Below, one piece after another: positions 60,090-64,000 of a DNA stretch of 64,000 nt. Made by a program: the position numbers and the translations under genes. The notes under the pieces were generated by a model that searched no databases, was not told the origin of the DNA, and was given only the letters and a program-made list of their open reading frames with translations. Origin of the DNA: Mobula hypostoma (lineage: Eukaryota); NCBI RefSeq assembly GCF_963921235.1, contig NC_086097.1:170378001-170442000 (forward strand), read 5' to 3'. Position 1 is the first letter of the stretch. Every line of letters starts with the position of its first letter.

Positions 60090-62050
60090 TCATCATCTGT
60101 GTGGATGAGTGTGTACCTACAAAGACTTACTGCACATTCCCAAACCAAAAGCCATAGATTAACCAGGAAGTACGTTGTCTGTTGAAGGCTAGATCTGTAG
60201 CATTCAAGTCTGGCGATCCAGGCCTGTACCAAAAAACCAGGTATGATTTGCGGAGGGCTATTTCAAGGGCGAAGAGACAATTTCGAACAAGGTTGGAGGC
60301 GACATTGGATGCACAACAACTCTGGCAAGGCTTGCAAGATATTACCTCCTACAAAGCAAAACACAATTGCATGAATGGCAGTGATGTTTCAGTAACAGAT
60401 AAACTCAACGTCTTCTATGTCTGCTTTGAAAGGAAGAGTACAACTACAGCTGTGAAGATCCCTGCTGCACCTGATGACCCTGTGATCTCTGTCTCAGAGG
60501 CTGATGTTATGCTGTCTTTAAAGAGTGAACCCTCACAAGGCAGAAGGTGCTGATGGAGCACCTGATAAGGCTCTGAAAACCTGTTCCAACCAACTAAAGG
60601 GAGTATTCTTGGACATTTTCAACTTCTCACTTCTACGAGTGGAAGTTCCCACTTGCTTCAAAAAGGTGACAATTATACCAGTGCATAAGAAGAATAATGC
60701 GAACTGCCTTAATGACTATCATCCAGTAGCACTCACATCAACAGTGATGAAATGCTTTGAGAGGTTGGTCATGACCAGACTGAACTCTTGCCTCAGCAAG
60801 GACCTGGACCCATTGCAGTTTGCCTATCGCCACAATAGGTCAACGGCAGATGCAATCTCAATGGCTCTCCACACGGCTTTAGACCACCTGGACAACACAA
60901 ACATCTATGTCAGGATGTTGTACATCGACTATAGCTCAGCATTTAATACAATAATTCCCACAATCCTGATTGAGATATTGCAGAACCAGGGCCTCTGTAC
61001 CTCCCTCTGCAATTGGATCCTCGACTTCCTAACCTGAAGACCACAATCTATCTCCTCCTCACTGAAAATCGATATTGGTGCACCTCAGGGTTGTGTGTTT
61101 AGCCCACTGCTCTACTCTCTATATACACATGACTGTGTGGCTAGGCACAGCTCAAATATCATTTGTAAATTTGCTGATGATACAACCATTGTTGGTAGAA
61201 TCTCAGATGGTGATGAGAGGGTGTACAGGAGTGAGATATGCCAACTAGGTGAGTGGTGCCGCAGCAACAACCTGGCACTCAACATCAGTAAGACGAAAGA
61301 GCTGATTGTGGACTTCCAGAAGGGCAAGATGAAGGAGCACATACTAATCCTCATAGAGGGATCAGAAGTGGAGAGGGTGAGCAGTTTCAAGTTCCTGGGT
61401 GTCAAGATCTTTGAGGATCTAACCTGCTCCCAACATATCGATGCAGTTATAAAAAAGGTAAGACAGTGGCTATACTTTATTACGAGTTTAAAGAGATTTG
61501 GTATGTCAACAAATACACTCAAAATCTTCTATAGATGTACTGTGGAGAGCATTTTGACAGGCTGCATCACTGTCTAATATGGGAGGGGGGGGCGCGGGTG
61601 CGGGGTTAGTGTGCAGGATTGAAAGAAGCTGCAGAGGGTTGTAAATTTAGTCAGCTCCATCTTGGGTACTAGCCTACAAGTACCCAGGACATCTTCAAGT
61701 GCGGTGTCTCAGAAATGCAGCGTCCATTATTAAGGACCTCCAACACCCAGGGCATGCTCTCCTTTCATTGCTGCCATCATGGAGAAGGTACAGGAGCCTG
61801 AAGACACACACTCAACATTTCAGCCACAATGTCTTTCCCTCCTCCATCAGTTTTCTGAATTGAGAATGAACCCATGAACACTACCTCAACATTTTTTCCA
61901 CTCTGTTTGATCTCCTTATTTAATTTAATTTTTTTATATACTTCTTTTGTAATTTATAGATTTTATTATTATGTATTTCAATGTACTGTTGCTACAAATC
62001 AACAAATTTCATGACATACAAATATACCAGTTGAATTAAATCTGATTCAG
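60090..62050 (+). mobile_element. Relatively young Rex1/Babar-like LINE 3' half
   Basis: Long open stretches: [67 protein letters not shown]; (TCTGAT) tail ~62040. Confidence 0.92.
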
Positions 62051-62249
62051 GTTCACACATAAACAGTCAACCACACATCATATTTGCTCATATAGACATG
62101 CAGATAAATGTATACACACACACACATATGCATGCAGTCTCTCTCTTTCTATCTTCATTCCAACACAAATAGCATTCAATTAAACTTTGATAAGACTTGT
62201 AAAACACAATGTACGTAAACGATAGTTTACACAACCAAGCAAAAGGTGG

Positions 62250-63040
62250 ACAGATACACACTAGGAAGTGATCACTATCCTATATTATGTAGATTTGGTA
62301 GAAATTTAGTAGTAGAAGTTGAGGAGAGGTCTGCTAGGTATAATATTCTCTAAGATTCTGTTTAGAGTAGGGAAAATGGGTTGCGCAGTTAGATTTTCAT
62401 GGATACCTGGGCATGCTGGGGTGGAGGGAAATGAAATTATGGATGGCATTGCAAAATTTTCCTTACAGTGTAGGCAAGTAGAAATTAGAGTTCCCATAGG
62501 CAGAGCAGAATTGAAAAGTAGGATTAAAAAAGGTATAGAGAAAAAGTGGCAGGAGGATTGGAAAAATGAATTAAGGAGCAGGCATTATTTTTCTAGTCAC
62601 CCACTAGTTAAAAAGGTCTTGGACTGTTACCTTTTAAGTCGTAGAGATATGGTGAAATTTACAAGACTTAGGTAGGGGCATTGTGGGCTAAATTATTATT
62701 TAAAGATAATAGGAAAACATCCTACTGTATTGTGTGACTGTGGTAGTCCAGAGACAGTCCAGCATGTTTTGCTGAGCTGTAATCGATACAAAATTGAAAG
62801 AAGCATGTTGTTCAAGAGGCTATCTGGTTTAAATTTATTTTGGTTTTCTATTAAATCTTTGTTTGGCCATCAAGAGAATCAACATCTGATTGAAGAGTCT
62901 ATTATTCAATTTATACGTGAGACTAGGTTGTATTCAAGAATTTGAGTTCCTTGAAGTTCTATAATTAATTATACATCCTGCAGAGGGCTGTAATACGCCT
63001 AGATGCGACTAAACAGCCAGAAATAGAAGAAGAAGAAGAA
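62250..63040 (+). mobile_element. I/Nimb-clade non-LTR element, internally deleted (APE end fused to RNase H + CCHC), with TSD
   Basis: TSD AAGCAAAAGGTGG at 62237-62249 and 63039-63051; GSDHYPI at 62264; RNase H VRFSWIPGHAGVEGNEIMDGIAK; CDCG..ETVQHVLLSC; (GAA)n tail. Confidence 0.88.
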
Positions 63041-63150
63041 GCAAAAGGTGGTGCTCTGGATAGACATTAAACTCAGGATTTCCAACATCTGCAGGATCTT
63101 TTATGTTTATGCACCTTGCTGTTCTGACAAAGATCTTTTATCTTGAAATG

Positions 63151-63979
63151 TGTTACGTACCCCGTAACTGGGTTGCCAAACCAGCAGAAATGGACCACTT
63201 AGTTGGAGTCTGGATTACTGGAACTAAAAAAGTTTTATTAAAGAAATAAGTAACATAGTACTCTAATCGTAAGGATATGAATGCAACAGATTAGCAATGA
63301 TAAAACACACATGTACACAGAACTAGGGTAATAGGAATCAAACAAGCTCTATCGCAGTCTAGGGGTAAAATGATCAGTCTCAAGTGACGCAGAGTTCAAT
63401 TCAGCTTAGGATAGTTCGCAGTAATCGCTGTTGTGCCCTTGGGGAGAGAGAGAGATAATATGCAAATCCGATTCAGACAGACCTTTGTTCTTCGCAGTTA
63501 GCTTTCGGGTGAACCCTTTTAATGTCTTCTGTGGTCACCGACTGTGACCCTTCTGTTCCGGATACGACCGTTCTTCTGCAGTAAACCCGGCACCCAGGCA
63601 GTGGCGGACACACACACCAGGTTCCCGCCGATCATACCTTTTCACCCTGTGCGTCTATGGTCGGTTCCCGCGACCAGACCTCCAAACTCCACCAACTTGT
63701 GGGGGCACACCGCTTTTTCCAGGGTCTCGTTATCTCGTGATCTTGTGGTGTGTGTCTTGCCTTAGTGAACCTGTTCTTTTTATCCCCCTGCTGGGGTATA
63801 GCCTGTCCATCAAACTTCAAACGGTTCAAGTTCAAAGCAATCGGTCTGTCAGTACTCTGACTGTTGTCTCTTTCCATTATCTCTCTCTCCTCTCTCATTA
63901 ACATTTTGAATGTTTCTCCATTGTCTCACTTATCTCTCTCATTAGCATCAATCTTCTGATAACTTGGTTTTTCGTCACA
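63151..63979 (-). repeat. 3' LTR (829 bp) of an LTR retrotransposon whose body lies beyond the right edge
   Basis: Termini TGTTACG...CGTCACA; minus-strand PPT GAAGGATAGGGG abuts TG at 63979; AATAAA on the minus strand at ~63234-63239; CpG-rich, so probably young. Confidence 0.8.
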
Positions 63980-64000
63980 CCCCTATCCTTCAAAGGATTT

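Overview
Repeat-dominated vertebrate non-coding DNA (intergenic or a very long intron). The repeat mix suggests a cartilaginous fish, probably a ray; this is inference only. No host protein-coding exon, rRNA, tRNA gene or CRISPR array could be supported, and every protein-like ORF traces to a decayed transposon. Contents: many CR1 LINE pieces (one near full-length, ~18.4-22.6 kb), Rex1/Babar-like LINE pieces, RTE pieces, Penelope-like (GIY-YIG) elements, a decayed Sushi-type chromoviral Ty3/Gypsy provirus with both LTRs (8874-15306), an internally deleted Mag-like Gypsy (55986-59533), a 3' LTR at the right edge, a Tigger-like DNA transposon remnant, several SINEs and an 817-nt polypurine tract. 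Most interesting: (1) the abundant Penelope-derived 3' tail carries a degenerate minimal type-I hammerhead ribozyme motif in several copies; (2) a Rex-like LINE has twin-priming-type 5' inversion geometry; (3) a TSD-flanked Nimb/I-clade insertion joins endonuclease directly to RNase H with no RT; (4) a 41-bp-arm foldback mini-element with TSD; (5) a ~950-bp extra segment inside Gypsy pol; (6) a candidate recursive splice site in a CNE-like island. Boundaries of old repeats are approximate (tens of bp) unless a TSD or LTR end is quoted. Family names come from motif recognition, not database searches.
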